The notes beneath the pieces were generated by a model. That model ran no database searches and was not told the origin of the DNA. It saw nothing but the letters and a program-made list of their open reading frames with translations. Shown here piece after piece: positions 45,213 to 54,253 of a stretch of 64,000 nucleotides of DNA (the first letter of the stretch is position 1; every line of letters begins with the position of its first letter). The DNA lies in assembly GCA_002995645.1 (NCBI GenBank), contig PUHO01000012.1:87653-151652 (forward strand). Direction: 5' to 3'. The position numbers and the translations under genes are program-made. Source of the stretch: SAR324 cluster bacterium (GTDB lineage: Bacteria > SAR324 > XYD2-FULL-50-16 > HCM1).

Positions 45213-47560
45213 ACAATTTCATGCTATAAATATAACTTGTGTAGAAATGTTGTGAATTTTCGCCAGAGGTTGCCAATTTTTTCTAAGAACATAGCAGAGC
45301 TATATAGCCCCTGTGATATTGTTCTTATTCTACCTATTATTCATGAAATGCATGTAGCCAGTAATAGTATGTTATTATTGCCTTTTTCTTTCGCTAGTAA
45401 GAATCATTAATTACAGAATGTAGAAGAGATGGCAAAGCAAGCGAAGAGCTTAGCTATGTTTAAAAAATTTAACAACAACCGGCATGTTATGGTTCCGATT
45501 TTGTCATAGCCATCAAGGGTATATTGTTAGTATCGTTTCCTTGTGCTAGCAGATAGAAGAGATCCAAGCAAAGGCAGGTCGATAAAAGAAATTAGTGAAA
45601 CAATTATTTCTTTTTATAAGCTAAGGTAAACAAGTTCAAATTTAAAACTTTATGTGACGTACTCAAAGCTAGAAGCGTAAGTTTTTCTTGTTGTGGTTCC
45701 AGTTTTGTCATAGCCAGCAAGAGTATATCGTTAGTATTGTTTTCTTGTGCTAGCAGATAGAAGAGATCCAAGCAAAGGCAGGGCAAGAAACAATCCTTTC
45801 TTTTTATAAGCTGAAGTAAACAATTTCATGCTGTAAATATAACTTGTGTAGTAGTGTTGTGAAGTTTCGCTAAAGCTTGCCAAGTTTTCCCTAAAAACAT
45901 AGCAGAGCTATACAGCAAAGCCGTTTATTATGATATTGTTCTTATCCTGCCTATTCTCCATGAAATGCTTGTAATCGTTAAGATTATGTTATTGTTGCTT
46001 TTTTGTGCTAGTAAGAATCATTAATTACAGAATATAGAAGAGATGGCAAAGACAGGGCGACAAAAGAAATTAGTGAAACAATCCTTTCTTTTCATAAGTC
46101 TGCATACATAATTCAATTTAAAACTTTATGTGACGTACTCAAAGCTAGAAGCGTAAGTTTTTCTTGTTGTGGTTCCAGTTTTGTCATAGCCAGCAAGAGT
46201 ATATCGTTAGTATTGTTTCCTTGTGCTAGCAGATAGAAGAGATCCAAGCAAAGGCAGAGCAAGAAACAATCCTTTCTTTTTATAAGCTAAAGTAAACAAT
46301 TTCATGCTATAAATATAACTTGTGTAGAAATATTGCCAAGTTTTGCCAGAGATTGCCAATTCCCCCTAAAAACATAGCAGCGCTGTATAGCCCCGTTTGT
46401 TATGATGATGTTGTTCTTATCCTGCCTATTATTCATGAAATGTTTGTAGCCGGTAAGAGTATGTTGTTATTGCCTTTTTATTGTGCTAGTGAGAATCATT
46501 AATTACAGAATATAGAAGAGCTTAGCAAAGACAGGGCGACAAAAGAAATTAGTGAAACAATCCTTGCTTTTTATAAACTGAAGTAAATAATTTCATGCTG
46601 TAAATATAACTTGTGTAGTAGTGTTGTGAAGTTTCGCCAGAGGTTGCAATTTTTCCCAAGAACATAGCAGAACTATATAGCCCCTTTTGTTATGTTGTTA
46701 CTGCCGTCCAACCACCCCTTATCCGGCGCAGGATTAAAGCCACCTATGTTGTTACTGCCGTCCAGCCAGCCAGCCAACCAAGCAAAGACAGGGCGACAAA
46801 AGAAATTAGTGAAACAATCCTTTCTTTTTATAAGCTAAAGTAAACAATTTCATGCTATAAATATAACTTGTGTAGAAATATTGCCAAGTTTTGCCAGAGA
46901 TTGCCAATTCCCCCTAAAAACATAGCAGCGCTGTATAGCCCCGTTTGTTATGATGTTGTTGTTCTTATCCTGCCTATTATTCATGAAATGCTTGTAGCCG
47001 GTAATAGTATATTATTATTGCCTTTTTCTTGCACCAGTAAGAATCATTAATTACAGAATATAGAAGAGATGGCAAAGCAAGCGAAGAGCTTAGCCAAGAC
47101 AGATGCGACAAAAGAAATCAGTGAAACAATCCTTTCTTTTTATAAACTGAAGTAAATAATTTCATGCTGTAAATATAACTTGTGTAGAAATATTGCCAAG
47201 TTTCGCCAGAGGTTGCAAGTTTTCCCAAGAACATAACAGAGCTATATAGCCCCGTTTGTTATGATATTGTTCTTATCCTGCCTATTATTCATGAAATTAT
47301 TGTAGCCAGTAATAGTATATTATTATTGCCTTTTTGTGCTAGTAAGAATCATTAATTACAGAATATAGAAGGCAATCAAGCAAAGGCAGGGCAAGAAACA
47401 ATCCTTTCTTGTTATAAGTTGAAGTAGAGATTTCAATTTAAAACTTTATGTGGCGTACTCAAAGCTAAAAGCGTAAGTTTTTCTTGTTGTTCCAGATTTG
47501 TTATAGCCAGCAAGGTATATTGTTAGTATCGTTTTCTTGTAAAGGGAAATGCGATAAAAC
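45213..47560. pseudogene. About 2.3-kb array of decayed tandem copies of the murG 3' end (about 5-6 units, two alternating sub-unit types)
   Basis: Recognisable, repeated murG 3'-coding strings: …AGATGGCAAAGCAAGCGAAGAGCTTAGC…, …AAAGAAAT(C/T)AGTGAAACAAT.CTTTCTTTTTATAAGCTGAAGTAAACAATTTCATGCT…, …CAAAGCTAGAAGCG(C/T)AAGTTTT…. ORF-track fragments 45604..45786, 46320..46502 and 46868..47050 translate to MurG-like pieces (…LPIIHEMFVAGKSMLLLPF…). An odd GC-rich insert lies at ~46690-46790. Confidence 0.85.
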
Positions 47561-47585
47561 AGAGTGAAGAAATAAAGGGAAGCAA

Positions 47586-47624
47586 ATAAAAAACCTCTTT
47601 TACATAAGTGAAAGAGGTTTTTAA
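47586..47624. terminator. Bidirectional rho-independent terminator between the murG-fragment array and secG
   Basis: Perfect 10-bp stem AAACCTCTTT / AAAGAGGTTT with a 10-nt loop, flanked by an A-run on the left and a T-run on the right. Confidence 0.6.
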
Positions 47625-47643
47625 GTAGGTGGCTATTTTAGAA

Positions 47644-48081
47644 CTATTTCTTTTTAGGTTTTGTTTCTTTAGTAGCCTTAGCTTTTGTATCAACAGTAGC
47701 CGGTTTAGCTTTAGCTTTTGTGTCAACAGTAGCTGCTTTTGCTTTAGTAGCTTTAGCTTTTGTGTCGGTAGCTTTCGTAGCCGTATTTTTATCTTTTGTT
47801 GTCTCTACCGTTTTTACTTGTTTTTCTGAAACAGCATTAAGTACCGAATTATTAGCTTGTCTAGCTGTCATTACACTTAAGGTAATAGAAGTCAACATGA
47901 AAATAGTAGCAAGCCAAGTTGTTAATTTTGTTAAAAAGTTACCAACTGTTCTTGGGCTATTAGCTTGTCCGGCACTTCCAAAAGCTGCCCCAAGTTCGGC
48001 ACCGCGCCCCACTTGGCTTAAAACAATAAAAATAATAAGAATAGACACACTAAGGTGTAAGGTAAGTAAAAGACCGTTCAT
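47644..48081 (-). CDS. secG: Preprotein translocase subunit SecG with a K/A/T-rich C-terminal extension
   Basis: SecG core (LSQVGRGAELGAAFGSAGQANS…), then a ~45-aa tail TKATDTKAKATKAKAATVDTKAKAKPATVDTKAKATKETKPKKK encoded by a ~30-bp DNA tandem repeat. Confidence 0.75.
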   Translation of the reverse strand: MNGLLLTLHLSVSILIIFIVLSQVGRGAELGAAFGSAGQANSPRTVGNFLTKLTTWLATIFMLTSITLSVMTARQANNSVLNAVSEKQVKTVETTKDKNTATKATDTKAKATKAKAATVDTKAKAKPATVDTKAKATKETKPKKK

Positions 48082-48086
48082 AGGTT

Positions 48087-48851
48087 TTAAGATGGAAAAG
48101 CGTTACAAATAGTTAAAAATGATTCGGCAGATAAGCTAGCGCCGCCAACTAAGAAACCGTCAATATCCGGTTGTTTAGCTAAGCTTGCGACATTATCCGG
48201 TTTAGCACTACCGCCATATAAAATAGAAATAGTATTCGCTAATGTGGGAGATGATACTTCCGCAATCGTTTTACGAATGAAAGTATGCATTTCATTAGCT
48301 TGTTCGGCAGTTGCAACGTTTCCCGTTCCAATTGCCCAAATTGGTTCATAAGCAAGAACAATTTTAGATTGATGCGTTAAAGCCGCGTTCTGCCAGATAG
48401 ATTGCACTTGTGTTTTTACTTTTTCAAAGTGCAAATTATCTTTTCGTTCTTGGTCTGTTTCACCAATACAAATAATAGGTTGTATGTCTAGCCCAAGTAA
48501 AAGATTAGCTTTTTGAGAAACTAATTCATTACTTTCATTGTGGTATTCTCGTCTTTCAGAATGCCCAACAATAGTATAGCGACAACCTAAACTTTTTAAT
48601 AATTGAGGTGAAATTTCACCGGTATAAGCCCCGCTTATATGAGCAGAGCAATCTTGCGCACCTATAGAAATCGTTCCGCCACCTTGTAGGTAGTGCATAC
48701 AAGTTTCAATTAAAGGTGCTTGCGGCATAATCGCATATGAAATATTCAATTGCGGTTGCAAATTGGCTTGTAATGTATCAATTAAAGTTTCCGCTTCTAG
48801 CGGTAAAAGATTCATTTTCCAATTGCCGGCAATGATTTTTTTTCTGTTCAT
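48087..48851 (-). CDS. tpiA: Triosephosphate isomerase
   Basis: KIIAGNWKMN start. Catalytic region …IVGHSERR… and GGASL near the C-terminus. Confidence 0.9.
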   Translation of the reverse strand: MNRKKIIAGNWKMNLLPLEAETLIDTLQANLQPQLNISYAIMPQAPLIETCMHYLQGGGTISIGAQDCSAHISGAYTGEISPQLLKSLGCRYTIVGHSERREYHNESNELVSQKANLLLGLDIQPIICIGETDQERKDNLHFEKVKTQVQSIWQNAALTHQSKIVLAYEPIWAIGTGNVATAEQANEMHTFIRKTIAEVSSPTLANTISILYGGSAKPDNVASLAKQPDIDGFLVGGASLSAESFLTICNAFPS

Positions 48852-48852
48852 T

Positions 48853-50040
48853 TTATACCTCTGTCAAGGCTTCAATGCCCGGTAATTTATTACCTTGTAA
48901 TAATTCTAGAGAAGCACCGCCGCCAGTTGATATATGTGAAATTTTATCACCTAAACCGGCCTGGTTAATTGCATTCACTGAATCCCCGCCGCCAACTACT
49001 GTTTTTGCGTTGCTTTGAGCTAATGTTTCGCCAATGGAGAACGTACCTTTTTGAAAGTTACTCATTTCAAATACGCCCATAGGACCGTTCCAGAAAACAG
49101 TTTTAACATTTGCTAGCGCTTGTTGATATAAAGCAATAGTCTTAGGTCCAATATCCATGCCAAGCGAACCGTCCGGAATATCGCCTTCCACGATTTGTGT
49201 AGGAACGTCATTACTGAAACTAGTAGCAACCACATGATCTATTGGCAAATAGATTTTTTTATTTTGACTTTTTGCTTTAGCGAATAATTCTTCACATAAA
49301 TGTAAATTATCTGCGTCTAGAATAGAATTACCAATTTTATATCCTTGTACGTGTAGGAAAGAATAAGCCATGCCGCCGCCAATGAGTAAAGCGTTAGCAA
49401 CGTCTAGTAGTTTAGAAAGTAATTGAATTTTATCTTTTACTTTAGCACCGCCAACAATGGCAACAAAAGGAGGTTCCGGACTTGTTGCTAAAGGCAAGAG
49501 GTATTCTAGTTCTTTTTTCATTAAGAAACCGCAAGCTGATTTTGTGAAATAGTGCGTTACTCCTTCAGTAGAAGCGTGCGCTCTGTGTGCTGTTCCAAAA
49601 GCATCGTTCACATAGTAATCGGCTAAAGCTGCTAATTCTTTTGCAAATTGTTGTTCATTATCTGTTTCTTGCGGGTAAAACCGAACGTTTTCCATAAGAA
49701 TACAACCGCCGGGTTTTAAGTTGGCAATAGCTACTTCCGCAACAGAGCCAAGTAAAGTAGGAGAAAAAGAAACTTCTTGACCGAGTAATTCTTCTAATAC
49801 AGAAACAACCGGTTTTAATGAATATTTATCATTAGGTTGTCCTTTAGGTCGTCCAAAATGAGATAGTAAGATAACTTTAGCTTTTCTTTTTAGCAGATAC
49901 CGAATAGTTGGCAACGCTGCTTTTAATCGCGTAGTATCAGTAACTTGTTTTTGGTCATTAATAGGGACATTAAAATCAACACGAAGAAGTATTTTTTTGT
50001 TTTCTATGTCCGTTAATTGTTCAATTGTTAATTTGCTCAT
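48853..50040 (-). CDS. pgk: Phosphoglycerate kinase
   Basis: RVDFNVP near the N-terminus. GGGDS/GGGA hinge motifs. 395 aa. 1-nt gap to tpiA. Confidence 0.9.
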   Translation of the reverse strand: MSKLTIEQLTDIENKKILLRVDFNVPINDQKQVTDTTRLKAALPTIRYLLKRKAKVILLSHFGRPKGQPNDKYSLKPVVSVLEELLGQEVSFSPTLLGSVAEVAIANLKPGGCILMENVRFYPQETDNEQQFAKELAALADYYVNDAFGTAHRAHASTEGVTHYFTKSACGFLMKKELEYLLPLATSPEPPFVAIVGGAKVKDKIQLLSKLLDVANALLIGGGMAYSFLHVQGYKIGNSILDADNLHLCEELFAKAKSQNKKIYLPIDHVVATSFSNDVPTQIVEGDIPDGSLGMDIGPKTIALYQQALANVKTVFWNGPMGVFEMSNFQKGTFSIGETLAQSNAKTVVGGGDSVNAINQAGLGDKISHISTGGGASLELLQGNKLPGIEALTEV

Positions 50041-50141
50041 AGGACTAATATAGATAGGGGTTTTAAAGTAAATAAGTTTATTTTATACATATGAAAGACT
50101 ATTTGTCAAATAACCTAGTTAAGCTCAAGAAATAAATTACT

Positions 50142-51131
50142 TTATTTTGATTGAAAAACAGAGTGTAATCGAGTAAGTAATATATGTCTTTGTGCTAGCT
50201 CTGGCAAATGTTTTTTAAGAAAATCATAGGTCTTAGAATGGGGATGTGCAATAATAATGCAATAACTTTTTTGTTTTACACAAGTAAATATTTTCCCCCA
50301 TTGTTTTGCCATAGGAACTGATTGGGTTGCGTCTAAAAATAATTTTCTAGAGGCAAAAGAGACGTTATGCTTTTTTGCGGTTTTAGAAAATAAACTGTGC
50401 GCAATCGTACGACTATCAACAAAATAAAGGGCGCGTTTGTTAAGAAGTTGCATTAATTTGTTTACAGCCGGTTCGTTTAGTGAAAAAGCCGATCCCATAT
50501 GATTATTAATACCAACGGCATTAGGAACAAAAGAAAGATTTATTATTAATTTGCTTTCCATAGTTTGCAAAGAATCGTTAACGAGTATAGCGCCTTCACC
50601 GGGATTATGTTTCGCCATATGTAACGGTTCAAGCGGCAAGTGTAGTAACGTTTCTTTATGTTTTTTTTGTAAAAGAGAAGCTATTTTTTTTGCAAAAGGC
50701 GTATGTGGCAAAACAGAATAGTTTAACGTTGCCGGTAGATTAATGAATTGCCTTGCTATAGATAAGTTATAGCCTAAATCGTCAATAATAATGGCAAGTT
50801 TGCTTTTGTATGTTACAGTTGGTTTGACTGTAGTTACTTTATTTTCTTTTAGTGGCTCTTTTGTTGCCGTTACTTCAGGTACTTTGTTTTCTGTTGGTAA
50901 AGCTTGCGTTTCTTTTTGTTCCGCCTTGTTTTCTTGGAAAGGCGAAGGTAGTTTCGAATCGTCCGGCGTATAGAGTTTGTTAGTTTCTTTTGTTAATTGA
51001 TTTGTTCGCGAGACTTCCATTGTGTTCCCGGGTTTTAAAAGAAAATAACCAATTATTACTAAAGCGAATATAGCAAATATAATTCCAAGAATAATATATA
51101 AAAGCTTTGCTTGAGGTAGGAAGTTTTTCAT
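50142..51131 (-). CDS. Divergent polysaccharide deacetylase family protein (YibQ-like)
   Basis: N-terminal TM helix. YibQ-type block LAIIIDDLGYNLS…GINNHMGSAFS. Confidence 0.6.
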   Translation of the reverse strand: MKNFLPQAKLLYIILGIIFAIFALVIIGYFLLKPGNTMEVSRTNQLTKETNKLYTPDDSKLPSPFQENKAEQKETQALPTENKVPEVTATKEPLKENKVTTVKPTVTYKSKLAIIIDDLGYNLSIARQFINLPATLNYSVLPHTPFAKKIASLLQKKHKETLLHLPLEPLHMAKHNPGEGAILVNDSLQTMESKLIINLSFVPNAVGINNHMGSAFSLNEPAVNKLMQLLNKRALYFVDSRTIAHSLFSKTAKKHNVSFASRKLFLDATQSVPMAKQWGKIFTCVKQKSYCIIIAHPHSKTYDFLKKHLPELAQRHILLTRLHSVFQSK

Positions 51132-51376
51132 TTTTTTAGTGGCGATATAATATAATCTTTTACTAAAATAAAATTGATTAAAATAGGTTTTTACAAGACT
51201 ATAGCAAGGAGTAAAGTAATAAGTAAAGAAAAAATAATTTGTTAATTGTTTATTTTTTGCATATTTTATATATAGTAAAGTTAATCATTAAGTTTGTTAT
51301 ATAAAATAAAAAAGCGACGTTCGCTAGCATATGGTTTACATATAGATTCAAGTATATTGTTTTAAGAAAAAAAGTT

Positions 51377-54253
51377 ATGTTTACATTTATAAATAGAAAT
51401 AAATTTTTTGTTCTATCCCTGTTTTTGGTGTTGGTTTCTTCCTGCGTATATGCACAAACAACAACGATAACGCCGGAAGAAAAGTTTATTAAAAAATATA
51501 ATAAATTTTATTGGCAACAAATATACTATGGCAAAATAGACGGATCTAAAAAGTTAATGTTTTCTCATTCTATGGCGTCTGCTAAGCTGTCGTTTGCCGA
51601 TTTGGACTCAGACGGTGATAAAGACGCTATAATGGGCTTTCGTAACGGAAGACTAGGCTACTGGGAAAACAAAGGAACAAACAAAGTCCCTAATTTTGAA
51701 TTAATAACCGATTCCTTTAAAGGCTATTTTTTTGAACGAGGGAAAGATAGTAAACAACGTAGGATTAAAAAAATTATTCAATTGCCGTTAAATGCCGTGC
51801 CTGCGTTTATGGATATAGACGGCGATCAAGATTTAGATTTGTTAGTTGGTAATCATGACGGTACTATATGGCTGTTTGAAAATAGAGGGAATAACTTAAT
51901 CCCTTTATATTATCTTGTTACTAAAAAGCTTATGGATATAGACGTAAAGCAAAATAGCGCGCCTATTGTGCGAGATATGGATATAGACGGCAAAGCGGAT
52001 TTAATTATAGGTGATGCAAAAGGGGAAATTTGGTTTTACAAAAATCAAGGGACTGTTGTTTTTCCAAGATTTGATCAAAAAACAAGAAAACTAGTCGGCG
52101 TTGTTCCGTTAAATACAAATGCAGTGCCGCAAGCTTTAGATTGGAATAAAGACGGTTTTGTTGATTTAATTGTAGGAACGCAAGATGGAACCTTAGTATA
52201 CTATGAAAATAAAGCGAATATAGACGAATTAGATTGGAAGACCCCGAAAGTGAATTTTAACTTTCTTGACGTTGGCGGGAATGCCGGTCCGGTTTTTAGT
52301 GATTTAGACGCAAGTAAAACGCCTGATTTAATTGTTACTAGTACGCAACCGATTGTGCAATACTATCAAATGCGACAAGATGAAAATGACACGATGTTTT
52401 GGAGTATTAGCGATAATTTCTTTTCTTATTACAAGTTAATCTTAAGAGGCAACAAAGCGATGCCCGCTTTTGGGGACGTTGACGGCGACGGCGATACAGA
52501 TGCCATTATTGGCGAAGAAGACGGCAATTTAAATTATTATATTAATAAAGCAAAAACAAAAGGCGAATTAAATTGGCACTTAGAAACGGAAAACTTGCTG
52601 AATATTAAACATTCTTATAATAGCGCCCCGGCGCTGGGCGATCTAGACGGTGACGGCGATCTTGATTTGCTTATTGGGCAAGCAGACGGATCTATTTATT
52701 ATGCAAAAAATATTGGCACGCCAAAAAAACCGCATTGGGAATTACAAGATACAACCTTTTTTCAAATTGACGTTGGGAATAATGCCGTGCCTCGTTTAGT
52801 TGATATAGACGGCGACGGCGATCTTGATTTGCTTGTTGGTTCTTTAATGGGTAGCGTTGTGTTATATGAAAACACAGGAAGCAAAACAAAACCTTTTTTT
52901 GTGTTAACTAACCCTAAGTTTGCTAAACTGACCGGCGTGTCTGATGTTGTTCCTTCGTTTTTTGATTGGAATAACGACGGAAAAAAAGATATGATCCTTG
53001 GTAATAGTAAAGGTAGTTTACAGATTTTATTCGGTGCGTCAAAGTATAACTCTATGTCTAATTGGGATCCTAATTCGTTTTTTACTATTTACCTTGATCC
53101 AGGCACGTATAGTGCGCCTTTGTTTTACGATCTAGATCAAGACGGCTTGCAAGATTTAATTATTGGTAACGGTGACGGCGATATTTTGTTTTTTAAAAAC
53201 CTAGGAACAACAAGCGCCGATCAAAATCGTTATTTAATTGATAACTCTATTGATGTGGAAGACGGGTCTTTAGTTGTATATCAAAAAGATCATATTTTAA
53301 AAATAAGTCGCCCAGTTGGGGATAAAGAAAAAAAAGTAATTAAAGGCAGCGAGGTCAGTCAAGTCAAACCGCATTACCACTTAGATTATACAGAAGAAAA
53401 GAAAGCCCCTGTGTATGAGAGTAAAGGTAAGCAATTAGTCTATAATAAAAATCTTTTGAATGCGGCGCCCACGCTTGCCGATATAGACGGTGATAAAGAT
53501 CTAGATATGCTTGTTGGCACAAGAGACGGCAAATTGTTTTTCTTTAGTAATGAAGGTGATGATAAAAACCCTAAGTTTCGCAGTTCTACTTTTATTAACA
53601 TAAAATTAAAAGATAAAGAAAACGTAACGCCTATTTTTGCCGATATAGACAAAGACGGCGATTATGATTTGATTTTAGGAAGTAAGCAAGGCGCGATTAC
53701 AGTGTATCGCAATGACGGCACAAGAGAAAAACCGTTGTTTGTGGAACAAAAAAAATGGACAAAAGATATTTGGTTATATAAAAATACGCACCCCGCTGTT
53801 TGGGATTTTAATAAAGACGGTTATCCCGATTTGCTTGTTGGTTCTGTTTGGGGAAGAATGTCTTTATTATTAAATAGAGTAAATCATTTTAAGTTAATAC
53901 AAAAAGATTTCCAAGCTATAGACGTAGGGCATAATGCTTCGCCTTTTATTGGGATACCTGATAATGGAGGTAAACCGTATTTACTTATTGGAACAGATAA
54001 AGGCAAAGTTTTATTTTATCAAAACACAGGGGAAGATTTGTTAAAAGGAAAATGGAAACTCTCTAGTTTAGGATCTAATATTCAATTACAAAAATCAGTT
54101 AAACCGGTGTTAGCGGATATTGATAAAGACGGCGATCAAGATTTGATTATAGGAACGGAAAGAGAAGGCGTTTTACTCTTTAAAAACCAAGCGCAAAAAC
54201 CTAAAACAGACAAAGAAATACAAGATTATATACAAAAAGAGGCGGTAGAATAA
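51377..54253 (+). CDS. Large secreted FG-GAP/VCBS repeat protein (beta-propeller repeats)
   Basis: Signal peptide. At least 12 repeats of the form D.D.DGD.DL..G…G…Y.N (e.g. DIDGDGDLDLLVGSLMGSVVLYEN). 958 aa. Confidence 0.7.
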   Translation: MFTFINRNKFFVLSLFLVLVSSCVYAQTTTITPEEKFIKKYNKFYWQQIYYGKIDGSKKLMFSHSMASAKLSFADLDSDGDKDAIMGFRNGRLGYWENKGTNKVPNFELITDSFKGYFFERGKDSKQRRIKKIIQLPLNAVPAFMDIDGDQDLDLLVGNHDGTIWLFENRGNNLIPLYYLVTKKLMDIDVKQNSAPIVRDMDIDGKADLIIGDAKGEIWFYKNQGTVVFPRFDQKTRKLVGVVPLNTNAVPQALDWNKDGFVDLIVGTQDGTLVYYENKANIDELDWKTPKVNFNFLDVGGNAGPVFSDLDASKTPDLIVTSTQPIVQYYQMRQDENDTMFWSISDNFFSYYKLILRGNKAMPAFGDVDGDGDTDAIIGEEDGNLNYYINKAKTKGELNWHLETENLLNIKHSYNSAPALGDLDGDGDLDLLIGQADGSIYYAKNIGTPKKPHWELQDTTFFQIDVGNNAVPRLVDIDGDGDLDLLVGSLMGSVVLYENTGSKTKPFFVLTNPKFAKLTGVSDVVPSFFDWNNDGKKDMILGNSKGSLQILFGASKYNSMSNWDPNSFFTIYLDPGTYSAPLFYDLDQDGLQDLIIGNGDGDILFFKNLGTTSADQNRYLIDNSIDVEDGSLVVYQKDHILKISRPVGDKEKKVIKGSEVSQVKPHYHLDYTEEKKAPVYESKGKQLVYNKNLLNAAPTLADIDGDKDLDMLVGTRDGKLFFFSNEGDDKNPKFRSSTFINIKLKDKENVTPIFADIDKDGDYDLILGSKQGAITVYRNDGTREKPLFVEQKKWTKDIWLYKNTHPAVWDFNKDGYPDLLVGSVWGRMSLLLNRVNHFKLIQKDFQAIDVGHNASPFIGIPDNGGKPYLLIGTDKGKVLFYQNTGEDLLKGKWKLSSLGSNIQLQKSVKPVLADIDKDGDQDLIIGTEREGVLLFKNQAQKPKTDKEIQDYIQKEAVE

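Noticed and set aside
45604-47050. Three 60-aa ORFs (45604..45786, 46320..46502, 46868..47050) as genes
   Set aside because: They translate to fragments of the MurG C-terminus and lie inside the decayed murG 3' repeat array. They are pseudogene debris.
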